Assembly (NCBI GenBank): GCA_046351555.1 | Contig: JAXLYI010000006.1 | Coordinates: 122,284-186,283, forward strand | Source: Polyangiales bacterium | GTDB taxonomy: Bacteria > Myxococcota_A > Polyangia > Polyangiales > Ga0077539 | Direction of reading: 5' to 3' | Length of the DNA: 64,000 nt | Part shown: positions 41,159 through 49,977 of the stretch, in pieces | Layout of the letters: each line of letters starts with the position of its first letter | Position numbering within the stretch: the first letter of the stretch is position 1 | Notes under the pieces: model-generated | Seen by the model: the letters and a program-made list of their open reading frames with translations, nothing else | What the model was told of the DNA's origin: nothing | Databases searched by the model: none | Program-made: the position numbers and the translations under genes

Positions 41159-42446
41159 GGCTGCACCCCTGGACGCGCGGGCGGCGGCGGGTCTGACAGC
41201 GCCTGGGAGGTCGAGCTGCGCGGGGTCGGAGGCGGGGGCAGCGGGTGGGGAGGGCTTCGTTCGCCGGGGCGGCATCGCGGCGGAGGGTGCCAGAGCCACG
41301 GGCGCGGGAGAAGGCTCGTGCGCGGCGGGTGCGGACGCGCGCGCCGCCCTCGTGGGGGCGTCCGCAGCCGCTGCGGACGTGCGTCTCCCGCCGCGAGGGA
41401 GGTGCGCAGCGGGTGCGACGGCGGGGGCGGGGTGGCCGCAACGCGTCGGGTGACCGGCCGTGACGCAGCGAACGGCGCGGGCTCATGTCACCCGCGCCCG
41501 CGGCCGATGGAAGAGAGCAGTCGAGCGTGGCGGCCGGCGCTCCCCGGCGGGAGACGTCGCGCGCGCTCCAAACCGAAGGCGAGGTGGAGATGAACTCCAA
41601 GCAGATTCGCGACGAGTGCAAGCAGGGGGATTCTTGGTCGTGTCGGCGGGGCGCACGTGGGGCCGAGTTCGCGACCGCCGCGCGGCGCAGCTCGCGAAGC
41701 GGGGCCTCGGCGGCGCGCCGATTTCGAGGCCGCGCTCTGCGCGGCGATGGAGCGCGACATGCGGGCGCTCGCGGTGTGCGGCGAGCAGCTCCAGGAGCCG
41801 ACATCGCGCTCGACCACGCCGAGGCCGGCGGGCTCGGGCGCGCAGGCCCGGCGCGACGAGGCCCAGCAGCGCACCTACCAGGGGCTGGTGGAGGTGCGCG
41901 AGCTCGTGACGGCGGTCGCGGGCGCCGCCGCGGCCGAGCTCGGAGTTCGAAGGACGACGCCGCGCGACCCGGTGGCCGTCGAAGAGCTCGCGCAGCGTCG
42001 ATGCGGGCGCGCGTGGTGACGGTGACGCCGCGCCGGGCCGGCGACCCCTCGACCTCGACGCCACGGCGGCGGCGCTGGCCGCCGACCACAAGGCCCGGCG
42101 GAGGCCAACGCCGAGCTCCGCGAGGTGCGGCGCCGCGAGCAGCTCGCCGCTCGCGGCGCGACGAGCCTGGCCGAGTACACGCGCGAGCGGAGCACGACGG
42201 CCGCCCGCCTCGACGCCGACCTCCGCGCGGTGGGTCTCGACGACGTCGCCGACCGGCTCGTCCCCGTGGCGCGCAAGGCGGTCGCCGAGCCCGCCGAGGG
42301 CGCCGACGCCGCGAAGTCGGGCGCCCGCAAGGCCGCGAAGGCTGCGGAGAAGAAGCCCGCCGACGCGAAGCCCGCCTCGCCGGTGGTGACCAGCCCCGCG
42401 ATCAACACGCGCCCCTCGCAGGCGCCGGTCTCGCCCTCGTAGCCAT

Positions 42447-42773
42447 TCGAGACGTCCCAGGGCGAGCGCATCAAAATCGCTTGGAATGCAGCCCCGCGGC
42501 GGGGTTTGTCGCTGGCGCTCCGGCACCCCGCGCTACGGATCGCAGGCGCCCCCTCCGGGGGCTTGAAGACAGATGAAGGATCGCACGGAACGCTCTCCCA
42601 GAAGCGTTGCGCACGATGATGACGGGGAGTCTCTCGCAGGTCGGTAGGTCTGAAAGCCCCCGGAGGGGGCGCCTGCATTCCGTAGCGCGGGGTGCCGGAG
42701 CGCCAGCGACAAACCCCGCCGCGGGGCTGCATTTCAAGCGATGTTGATGCGCTCGCCCTGCGAGACGTCCCGA
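42447..42773. mobile_element. MITE-like element: ~116-bp near-perfect inverted repeats flanking a ~90-bp core
   Basis: 42447-42562 is the reverse complement (few mismatches) of 42655-42773, with termini tcgagacgtcccagggcgagcgc / gcgctcgccctgcgagacgtcccga. No plausible ORF; the overlapping ORFs 41485..42576 and 42471..42737 are mirror artefacts. Confidence 0.6.
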
Positions 42774-42919
42774 GGCACGACCCCGCCATGGTGTGCATCA
42801 AGGCGTGACTCGGGGCGCGGCCGCAACGGCGCGCCGCGGCTCGCGCCCGTCGCCCTGTTGCGGCCGACGCCTCGCTGAGAAATCTACGCGCGAGGCGACC
42901 GCTGGCATAGACTCCCCCC

Positions 42920-44233
42920 ATGCGGCTGGTGCGCTACGCGGTCCGAGGCTTCAAGAATCTCACCGGGATGGTCGAGCTCGACGAGCTCGGGCCGATCAAC
43001 ATCCTCCATGGCGAGAACAACGTTGGGAAGTCGAACGTGCTCCAGTCGATCGGCTGGCTCTTCACCCTGCTCTCGGAGAAGCATGCTCCGGCACATCCGA
43101 ATGACTCCGAGCACCAGTTCGGATATGCGATCCAGAAAGGATCGCCGTTTCAGAAGCGCTTCGTCGAGGAGGGTGTCTTCAACCTCCGCTCGCCGGGTCC
43201 CATCGAGTGGAAAGCCGACCTGTTCATCGACCCCGCGGACTTCGAGCGCGCGGGCATCGCGCCCACGGCCCCTGCAACGGTGAAGATCGCTGCGAGTCTC
43301 GTGGACCAACCCGCGGGCGCGCAATTTACGTGCGGGTTTTCCACGCCACGCGCCGCATTCCAGGGACCGAAAGCCGACGCATTGCGAGAGCTGATCGTGC
43401 GCGGCTTCGCTCCCTCGACCCGTGCGGCATCGGCGCCATTCGCGTTGGTCGACACGCAGAGGCGCCTCTGGGGCCAGGGGGCTCAAGAGCCCGCCGCCAC
43501 CCAGGCGATCATCCCCGACTCGCTCGTGCTGGCCCTCTACGACGCCCGGGAGTCCTTCGAGCAGCCCGAGCGCGCGCGCTGGGAAGCCTTCCAACGGGCG
43601 ATGGACAGGCTGGCGGCAACCCTCGGCGGCGGCAAGATCCTCGTCTCGTTCCAGCGCTCGCCCGGGAAGGGGGTGCTCTTCTACGAGCGAGACGACCTCC
43701 GTGTGCCCGCCCATCTTCTCGGCACGGGTGTCCAGCAGGTGATCTCACTCGCCGCGCGCGTGGTGACCTCCAGCGCCGCGGTCGTGGCGATCGAGGAGCC
43801 CGAGCTCAACCTCCGGTACTCCCTCCAGCTCACCCTGCGCGAGATGCTCGATGCGCTGGTCGGAGCGCCCTCGGGCGTGCAGCAGTTGTTCCTGACGAGT
43901 CACTCCCCCGCCTTCGAGCACGGCAAGCATTTCTACTGGATGCGGCACCTCCCCGACGGCCCTCGCGTCGAACGACGCCCCATCCGCGAGGCAGCAGCCG
44001 TCACCGCGATGGACACCATGATCACGGTCCCCGAGGGGAGCGCGGTCCCCTCGTACGTCACGAGCGAGGGGCTCACGCGGCTCCCCGGAGGGGTCGTCGA
44101 GAACCTTCGCCTGGAGCACGGCGGGCACGTCTACTTCCACCGCCCCGCCCCCGACGGCCCCTACCAGTTTCTCACCGAGGAACAGTTCTTCGCGCTCTGG
44201 CCCCAAGGTTCCTACCCCGGATCGTCGTCGTGA
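42920..44233 (+). CDS. ABC/AAA_21(AAA_15)-type ATPase (RecF/OLD-like N-terminal P-loop), defence-associated type
   Basis: MRLVRYAVRGFKNL...HGENNVGKSNVLQSI Walker A; VVAIEEPELNL Walker B; LTSHSP H-loop; adjacent to the R-M operon. Confidence 0.7.
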   Translation: MRLVRYAVRGFKNLTGMVELDELGPINILHGENNVGKSNVLQSIGWLFTLLSEKHAPAHPNDSEHQFGYAIQKGSPFQKRFVEEGVFNLRSPGPIEWKADLFIDPADFERAGIAPTAPATVKIAASLVDQPAGAQFTCGFSTPRAAFQGPKADALRELIVRGFAPSTRAASAPFALVDTQRRLWGQGAQEPAATQAIIPDSLVLALYDARESFEQPERARWEAFQRAMDRLAATLGGGKILVSFQRSPGKGVLFYERDDLRVPAHLLGTGVQQVISLAARVVTSSAAVVAIEEPELNLRYSLQLTLREMLDALVGAPSGVQQLFLTSHSPAFEHGKHFYWMRHLPDGPRVERRPIREAAAVTAMDTMITVPEGSAVPSYVTSEGLTRLPGGVVENLRLEHGGHVYFHRPAPDGPYQFLTEEQFFALWPQGSYPGSSS

Positions 44234-44841
44234 ACGACGCGGAGGTCGCGAACTTCCTCCGAGGGGCACAGCCGATCGTGATGTTCGACACGAACGCAAT
44301 CATCGGCAACCACCCGCGCACGGACCCTTTCATCGCGCTCTGCCGCGACGTGCTGAACCTGAACACGACCCGCCCCCACGGCGGCCCCCCCATAACGCTC
44401 GCCCTCTCGTCGGTCGTCCTGTCCGAGAAGCTCCAGGACCTTCGGCAGTGCTTCGGCCCGAAGTTCAGCCCTGCCCTCGTCGACACTTTCGTCACCACCT
44501 ACGAGATTCGTGTGCTCGAGTTCGACCGTCGCTGCTCCGAGCGCACGGCGGACCGCATCGCCGCGCTCTACCCGGGAGAGACGGAGTGGTATGCGTTCAA
44601 GCGGCGACGCTGCCTGGAGTGCCTCGGACTCCCGCGCGAGCTCGAAGCGCCCGGCAAGGGAGGTGGCTGCGGCGCCACGGTCGACTGGCTCATCGCAGGT
44701 CATGCGGAGCACCTCGAAGCGTTGCTCGTGACGCACGACCGCGGCCCAGAGTTTCAGTCGATCACGCGTCGGACGACGTTGGATTGCCTGCGACGCGTGG
44801 TGCAGACACTGCTGTCCTCGGCGCCATCGGGCCCTGCATAG
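44230..44841 (+). CDS. small partner protein (~203 aa) with PIN-like N-terminal motif (IVMFDTNAII) and Cys-rich segment; putative nuclease effector
   Basis: GTG start overlaps the ATPase stop (GTGA); FDTN first-strand Asp motif; CLEC...C...H..H cluster (Zn-ribbon/HNH-like possibility). Confidence 0.45.
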   Translation: MNDAEVANFLRGAQPIVMFDTNAIIGNHPRTDPFIALCRDVLNLNTTRPHGGPPITLALSSVVLSEKLQDLRQCFGPKFSPALVDTFVTTYEIRVLEFDRRCSERTADRIAALYPGETEWYAFKRRRCLECLGLPRELEAPGKGGGCGATVDWLIAGHAEHLEALLVTHDRGPEFQSITRRTTLDCLRRVVQTLLSSAPSGPA

Positions 44842-45057
44842 CTTCAGGCGGGCCGCCGCGCGAGGCCGCGGAAGACCACGTCGCCGAACTCCCCGGTCCC
44901 GTCGACCACGAGGCGCTCGCCGACGCGCGCGGTGGGGACGCGCGAGAGGCGCCCCGCGCGCACGTTACCAGAAGCGTCGCGGAGGCCGTGGCGGCGCGGG
45001 CGTCGCGCAATTGCCTTGCGAGGCCCCTCGCGGCCCGTGCGAAGATGCGCGGCACCT

Positions 45058-45804
45058 ATGGTCGACTTCCTCAAATCGCGCTGGTACTCCGACCGCACGC
45101 GCTGTGAGGTGACCCTCGCGCGCTGGGGTCACTTCGGGCAGCCGGTGCTCCTCTTCCCCACCGCCGGCGGCGACGCGGAGGAGATCGAGCGCTTCCTGAT
45201 GATCAAGGTGCTCGAGCCCCTTATCGACGCGGGCAAGGTGAAGATCTACTCGTGCGACAGCGTGGCGGGCAAGGTCTTCTTCTCCAAGGAGGGCTCGCCC
45301 GAGTACCGCATGTGGATGATGAACCAGTACCACCAGTACGTGAAGCACGAGGTGGTTCCCGCCATCCGCACCGACTGCAAAGACCCTGACGTCGGCGTGT
45401 GGGCGGCGGGCGCGTCGATCGGGGCCTTCCACGCAGCAGCGATGGTGTGCCGCTTCCCCGACCTCTTCCACAAGGGCATCTGCATGAGCGGGACGTACAA
45501 CCTCTTGCGCTTCTGCGAGCGCAAGGAGCCGACGGAGGACTACTTCGTCTCGTCGCCGCTCCACTTCGTGCCGACGCTCTCGGGGCCGCACCTCGACCTC
45601 CTGCGCCAGCGCCACCTGCTCATCGCCTCGGGCCGCGGGCGCTGGGAGGACATCAACGAGAGCTGGAAGCTCGCCGCGGTGCTCGGCAACAAGGGCGTGC
45701 CCAACTACGTCGACGACTGGGGCCCCGAGGTGCACCACGACTGGATCACCTGGCGCGACATGATGCCGAAGTTTCTCGGCGAGTGGACGAAGGACAGGGG
45801 GTAG
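45058..45804 (+). CDS. esterase-family alpha/beta hydrolase
   Basis: AGASIGAF nucleophile-elbow-like motif; esterase D/enterochelin-esterase-like. Confidence 0.6.
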   Translation: MVDFLKSRWYSDRTRCEVTLARWGHFGQPVLLFPTAGGDAEEIERFLMIKVLEPLIDAGKVKIYSCDSVAGKVFFSKEGSPEYRMWMMNQYHQYVKHEVVPAIRTDCKDPDVGVWAAGASIGAFHAAAMVCRFPDLFHKGICMSGTYNLLRFCERKEPTEDYFVSSPLHFVPTLSGPHLDLLRQRHLLIASGRGRWEDINESWKLAAVLGNKGVPNYVDDWGPEVHHDWITWRDMMPKFLGEWTKDRG

Positions 45805-45808
45805 CGCG

Positions 45809-47752
45809 ATGGCGGTGGAGGAGACGCGCGACCACAAGCGGGTCGAGGTGGAGCTGGAGGGCGAGTCGCGCCGGCGCTTCACGCGCGCGGTGCTCAACGA
45901 CCTCCGCGCGCTCGAGCGGATGATCGCCGAGGGGATGTTCGAAACGTCCCCGACGCGCATCGGCGCCGAGCAGGAGCTCTTCCTCCTCGACCGCAACTAC
46001 CACCCGACGCCCGGCGCGCTGCGCGTGCTCGAGCGGGCCAACGAGTCGCACTTCACCACCGAGCTCGGCCTCTTCAACCTGGAGGTGAACGCCGACCCCC
46101 AGGACTTCACCGGCAAGGGGCTCTCGCGCATGGAGGCGCAGCTCGAGGGCCTCTGGAGCCACCTCGAGGGCGCCTGCGCCCCGCTCGACATCACCCCCGT
46201 GATGATCGGCATCCTCCCGACCATCCGCAAGACCGACCTCGGCGTCGAGAACCTCGTCCCCTCGCCCCGCTACCTCGCCCTCAACCGCGTGCTCACGGGC
46301 ATGCGCGGCGGCGCCTACGACTTCTTCATCAAGGGCCTCGACGAGCTCAACGTCACGCACGACTCGGTGATGGTGGAGTCGTGCAACGCGAGCTTCCAGG
46401 TTCACCTCCAGGCCTCGCCCGAGCGCTTCGCCCACCTCTACAACCTCGCCCAGATGCTCTCGGGCCCGGTGCTCTCGGTCGCCACCAACTCGCCCATCCT
46501 CTTCGGCAAGCGGCTCTGGTCGGAGACGCGCATCGCCCTCTTCGAGCAGGCCGTCGACACGCGCCGCCCCGGGCACCACCTCCGCGACAGCGCCGCCCGC
46601 GTCTCCTTCGGCACGCGCTGGTGCCGCGGGTCGGTGCTCGACATCTACAAGGAAGACGTCGCCCGCTTCCGCACCGTGGTGGGCGGCGACCTCGACGAGG
46701 ACGCGCTCGACGCCCTCGACCGCGGCGCCGTCCCGCAGCTCAAGGCCCTCCGCCTCCACAACGGCACCATCTACCGCTGGAACCGCGCCTGCTACGGCAT
46801 CGGCCCCAACGGCCGGCCCCACCTCCGCATCGAGCTCCGCGTCCTCCCGTCGGGGCCCACCTTCGCCGACGAGATCGCCAACGCCGCCCTCTGGCTCGGC
46901 CTGATGAGCGAGCTCGGCGAGACGATGTCGGACGTGCCCTCGCGGATGGAGTTCGACCACGCGCAGAGCAACCTCTACGCGGCCGCGCGCGACGGGCTCG
47001 GCGCCCGCTTCACCTGGCTCGACGGCGAGGAGGTGCTCGCCCAGCCCCTCGTGCTCGACCGGCTCCTCCCCGCGGCGGAGTCCGGCCTGCGCCGCGCGAA
47101 GATCGACGACGCCGACATCGGCCGCTACCTCGGCATCATCGAGCAGCGCGTCCGCACGATGCGAACGGGCTCGCGCTGGCTGCTCCAGTCGCTCGCGGGC
47201 ATGCGCGACCGCGGCACCCACGGCGAGCGGATGACCGCCCTCGTCGCCGCCACCGTCGCCCGGCAGAAGACCGGCCGCGTCGTCAGCGAGTGGGAGCAGG
47301 CGGGCATCGACGAGGTTCGGACGCCGCGCCCGAGCTACCACAAGGTGTCGCAGTACATGACCACCGACCTCTTCACGGTGCAGCCCGACGACGCCATCGA
47401 GCTCGTCGCCGACCTGATGGGGTGGGAGCGCATCCGCCACGTCCCCGTCGAGGACGGCAAGGGCCACCTGATGGGCCTCGTCACCTACCGCGCCGTGCTG
47501 CGCTACTTCGCCGAGCTCGCACGCACGCCCGGCAAGCGCGGCCCCGCGTCGACGCCCGTCTCCGACATCATGCGCCGCCAGGTGGTCACCGTCACCCCCG
47601 ACACGCCCACCCTCGACGCCATCGCCCTCATGCGGCGCTACCGCATCGGCTGCCTCCCCGTCGTGCAGGGCGAGCAGCTCGTGGCCATCCTCACCGAGGA
47701 GGACTTCATGGGCATCGCCTCCGACCTCCTCGAGCGGGGCATCGGGGGATGA
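45809..47752 (+). CDS. glutamate-cysteine ligase family 2 (carboxylate-amine ligase, YbdK-like) fused to tandem CBS domains
   Basis: GAEQELFLLD... GCS2 N-terminus; C-terminal CBS pair (HVPV...GLVT, GCLPVV...AILT). Confidence 0.7.
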   Translation: MAVEETRDHKRVEVELEGESRRRFTRAVLNDLRALERMIAEGMFETSPTRIGAEQELFLLDRNYHPTPGALRVLERANESHFTTELGLFNLEVNADPQDFTGKGLSRMEAQLEGLWSHLEGACAPLDITPVMIGILPTIRKTDLGVENLVPSPRYLALNRVLTGMRGGAYDFFIKGLDELNVTHDSVMVESCNASFQVHLQASPERFAHLYNLAQMLSGPVLSVATNSPILFGKRLWSETRIALFEQAVDTRRPGHHLRDSAARVSFGTRWCRGSVLDIYKEDVARFRTVVGGDLDEDALDALDRGAVPQLKALRLHNGTIYRWNRACYGIGPNGRPHLRIELRVLPSGPTFADEIANAALWLGLMSELGETMSDVPSRMEFDHAQSNLYAAARDGLGARFTWLDGEEVLAQPLVLDRLLPAAESGLRRAKIDDADIGRYLGIIEQRVRTMRTGSRWLLQSLAGMRDRGTHGERMTALVAATVARQKTGRVVSEWEQAGIDEVRTPRPSYHKVSQYMTTDLFTVQPDDAIELVADLMGWERIRHVPVEDGKGHLMGLVTYRAVLRYFAELARTPGKRGPASTPVSDIMRRQVVTVTPDTPTLDAIALMRRYRIGCLPVVQGEQLVAILTEEDFMGIASDLLERGIGG

Positions 47753-48882
47753 CCGCCTACGAGCGGACGATCGGGCGGGTGGCCGGCGCGCGCCCGGGCC
47801 CGACGCTCGTCGCGGTGGCCGGGATGCACGGCAACGAGCCCGGCGGCGTGCTGGCAGCGCGGCGCGTGCTCGCGGCGCTCGCGGGGCGCGAGGCGCTCGT
47901 GCGCGGCGAGCTGGTGGCCTTCACCGGCAACCTCGGCGCGCTGCGGACCGGGCGGCGCTTCGTCGCCAAGGACTTCAACCGCGTCTGGACGCGCGAACGC
48001 GTCGAGCGCCTCCGCCGCGACCCCGACGCCGCCTGCGTCGACGCCGAGGACTTCGAACAGCGCGAGCTCCTCGCCGAGCTCGACCGGGCCGTGGAGAACG
48101 CGCGCGGCGAGGTGTACGCCGTCGACCTGCACACCACCTCGGCGGCGGGGACGCCCTTCGTGATCTTCGGCGACACGCTGCGCCAGCGGGGCTTCGTGCT
48201 CGCGCTGCCGGTGCCGGCCATCCTCGGGCTCGAGGAGCTGATCGACGGCGTCCTCGCGCAGCACCTCACCGAGCGCGGCTGCGTCACCTTCTCGGTCGAG
48301 GGCGGGCAGCACGACGACCCGGCCTCGGTCGACAACCTGGAGGCGTGCCTCTGGCTCGCACTCGAGTCCTCCGGCGTGCTCGCGCGCAACGCGGTGCCCG
48401 AGCTCGCCCGCTCGCGCGCGCTGCTCGACGCGCGGCGGGGGAGGGTGCCGCGGGTGATGGAGGTGCTGCGGCGCCACGCGATCACGCCGGAGGACGCGTT
48501 CGTGATGGAGCCGGGCTTCCGCAACCTGCACCCGGTGGGCGCAGGGCAGCTCCTGGCGAGCGACCGCCGCGGGAAGATCCGCGCGCCGGCCGACGGCGTG
48601 GTGATGCTCCCGCTCTACCAGGCGCAGGGGGCCGACGGCTTCTTCTGGGGGCGCGCGGTCGACGGCGCGCGCATCGCGGCGTCGGAGGTGCTCCGCGCGC
48701 TCGGGGCCGACCGCTGGCTCGGGCGCCTGCCGGGGGTGCGACGCCACCGCGGCGAGCGCGAGGGCTTCGAGGTCGACACGCGCGTGGCGAGGCTCTATCC
48801 GCTCCAGGTGTTCCATCTGTTCGGGTACCGGCGCGTGCGGCACGTGGGCGATGTGCTGACGGTGACGCGCCAGCCCGACTGA
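47749..48882 (+). CDS. succinylglutamate desuccinylase/aspartoacylase (AstE/AspA) family protein
   Basis: VAGMHGNEPGG Zn-ligand motif; ATG overlaps the upstream stop (ATGA). Confidence 0.65.
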   Translation: MTAYERTIGRVAGARPGPTLVAVAGMHGNEPGGVLAARRVLAALAGREALVRGELVAFTGNLGALRTGRRFVAKDFNRVWTRERVERLRRDPDAACVDAEDFEQRELLAELDRAVENARGEVYAVDLHTTSAAGTPFVIFGDTLRQRGFVLALPVPAILGLEELIDGVLAQHLTERGCVTFSVEGGQHDDPASVDNLEACLWLALESSGVLARNAVPELARSRALLDARRGRVPRVMEVLRRHAITPEDAFVMEPGFRNLHPVGAGQLLASDRRGKIRAPADGVVMLPLYQAQGADGFFWGRAVDGARIAASEVLRALGADRWLGRLPGVRRHRGEREGFEVDTRVARLYPLQVFHLFGYRRVRHVGDVLTVTRQPD

Positions 48883-48890
48883 CGGACGGG

Positions 48891-49508
48891 CCACCGCGGG
48901 CCTCCATCCCCCGCTCGCTTCGCTCGCGCGTTTCCCCTTCCCCCGGCGCCCACGAGATGCGCAACGCCTTGCGCGCGTTGGCATTCCTCCAGGGCTTTCC
49001 GAGAGGACGGAGCCTCTGGCTCGTCTGCTCGCGGCCCCGAGTGCGGGTGGGTTCATCGAGCGCGTCTGGCACGCGCCGAGTGCCCAGGGTTCGCCCGCCC
49101 GCCCTCGCTAAGGCGCTTAGGCTCACCCTGGGCTACCTCCACGGGATCATCCGCCCGGTGGCGGATTCCGGGAGCCAGCGCGAGGTGAGGACGTCGCCCC
49201 CCGCCCACGTCGCCTCGTTGGGAGCCCGGTACAGACCGGGCAATCCCATGCAGGTTGCCCAGGGTGAGCCTAAGCGCCTTAGCGAGGGCGGGCGGGCGAA
49301 CCCTGGGCACTCGGCGCGTGCCAGACGCGCTCGATGAACCCACCCGCACTCGGCGCCGCGAGCAGACGAACCAGCGGCTCCTACTTCCTGGATCCGCTGG
49401 CAGACAAGCACTTCCGTGCGAGGCGTTGCGCATCTCGTGGGCGCCGGGGGAAGGGGAAAACGCGCGAGCGAAGCGAGCGGGGGATGGAGGCCCTGCGAGC
49501 CACCGCGG
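48891..49508. repeat. ~618-bp palindromic element: two ~190-bp inverted arms around a ~120-bp central region, between convergent genes
   Basis: 48891-~49130 is the reverse complement of ~49250-49508 (ends and inner ~130 bp near-identical, ~40-bp diverged middle). All ORFs here (48345..49337, 49053..49433, 49255..49929 etc.) are mirror artefacts sharing peptides such as RANPGHSARARRAR. Confidence 0.7.
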
Positions 49509-49512
49509 CGAC

Positions 49513-49890
49513 TCACCGCCCCGCCTCGCACCCCGCGTCCTGCGAATCGAACGCCCAGAAGCCCGTGCACCGCGGGCCGTTGTTGGCGAGGCACTCGCGC
49601 AGGGCGTCGGTCATCGTGAAGCCACAGGCCCCCGAGGGCTGCCGCTCGCAGCGCACGTCGAGGAGGCAGTAGTCCGTGCGGCGAAGGTCGCACGTGTCGA
49701 CCGTGGGCGTGCCCGGCGCCACGCACAGGCGCCCGCCGCCGGGCCCCGGGCACCCCGCCCGCACGCACGCCGCGTCGCTCACGGTGGCGTCCGCGCTCGT
49801 CGCGCCTTCCGTCGCCCCGTCGGCCGCGCTGCACCCGAGCGCGAGCACGCCCGACACAAGCCACCACCCCACCGCGCTCGACCGCCTCAT
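49513..49890 (-). CDS. small secreted Cys-rich protein
   Basis: MRRSSAVGWWLVSGVLALGCSA signal peptide; 12 Cys. Confidence 0.45.
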   Translation of the reverse strand: MRRSSAVGWWLVSGVLALGCSAADGATEGATSADATVSDAACVRAGCPGPGGGRLCVAPGTPTVDTCDLRRTDYCLLDVRCERQPSGACGFTMTDALRECLANNGPRCTGFWAFDSQDAGCEAGR

Positions 49891-49977
49891 GGTCCGCCGA
49901 CCGTATCACACCGCGACCATCCCCGTTGATCTCCGGCGCGCGAGGGCCTATGCACGTGCGTCGAGGGTCCCTCCGCC

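Noticed and set aside
37842-42089. 1415-aa ORF on the - strand
   Set aside because: It only reflects absence of stops in a GC-rich frame. The real genes here are hsdS (C-terminal 421 aa of this ORF) and hsdM in another frame. The N-terminal 1000 aa are Arg/Pro/Ala low-complexity noise.
42471-42737. 88-aa ORF and tail of 41485..42576 encoding the same ...CSPAAGFVAGAPAPRAT... peptide
   Set aside because: Generated by the inverted-repeat arms of the MITE-like element.
48345-49929. ORFs 48345..49337, 48482..49126, 49053..49433, 49255..49929, 49334..49672
   Set aside because: They lie inside the 618-bp palindrome and share mirrored peptides (e.g. RANPGHSARARRAR in two ORFs). Mirror-image artefacts, not genes.
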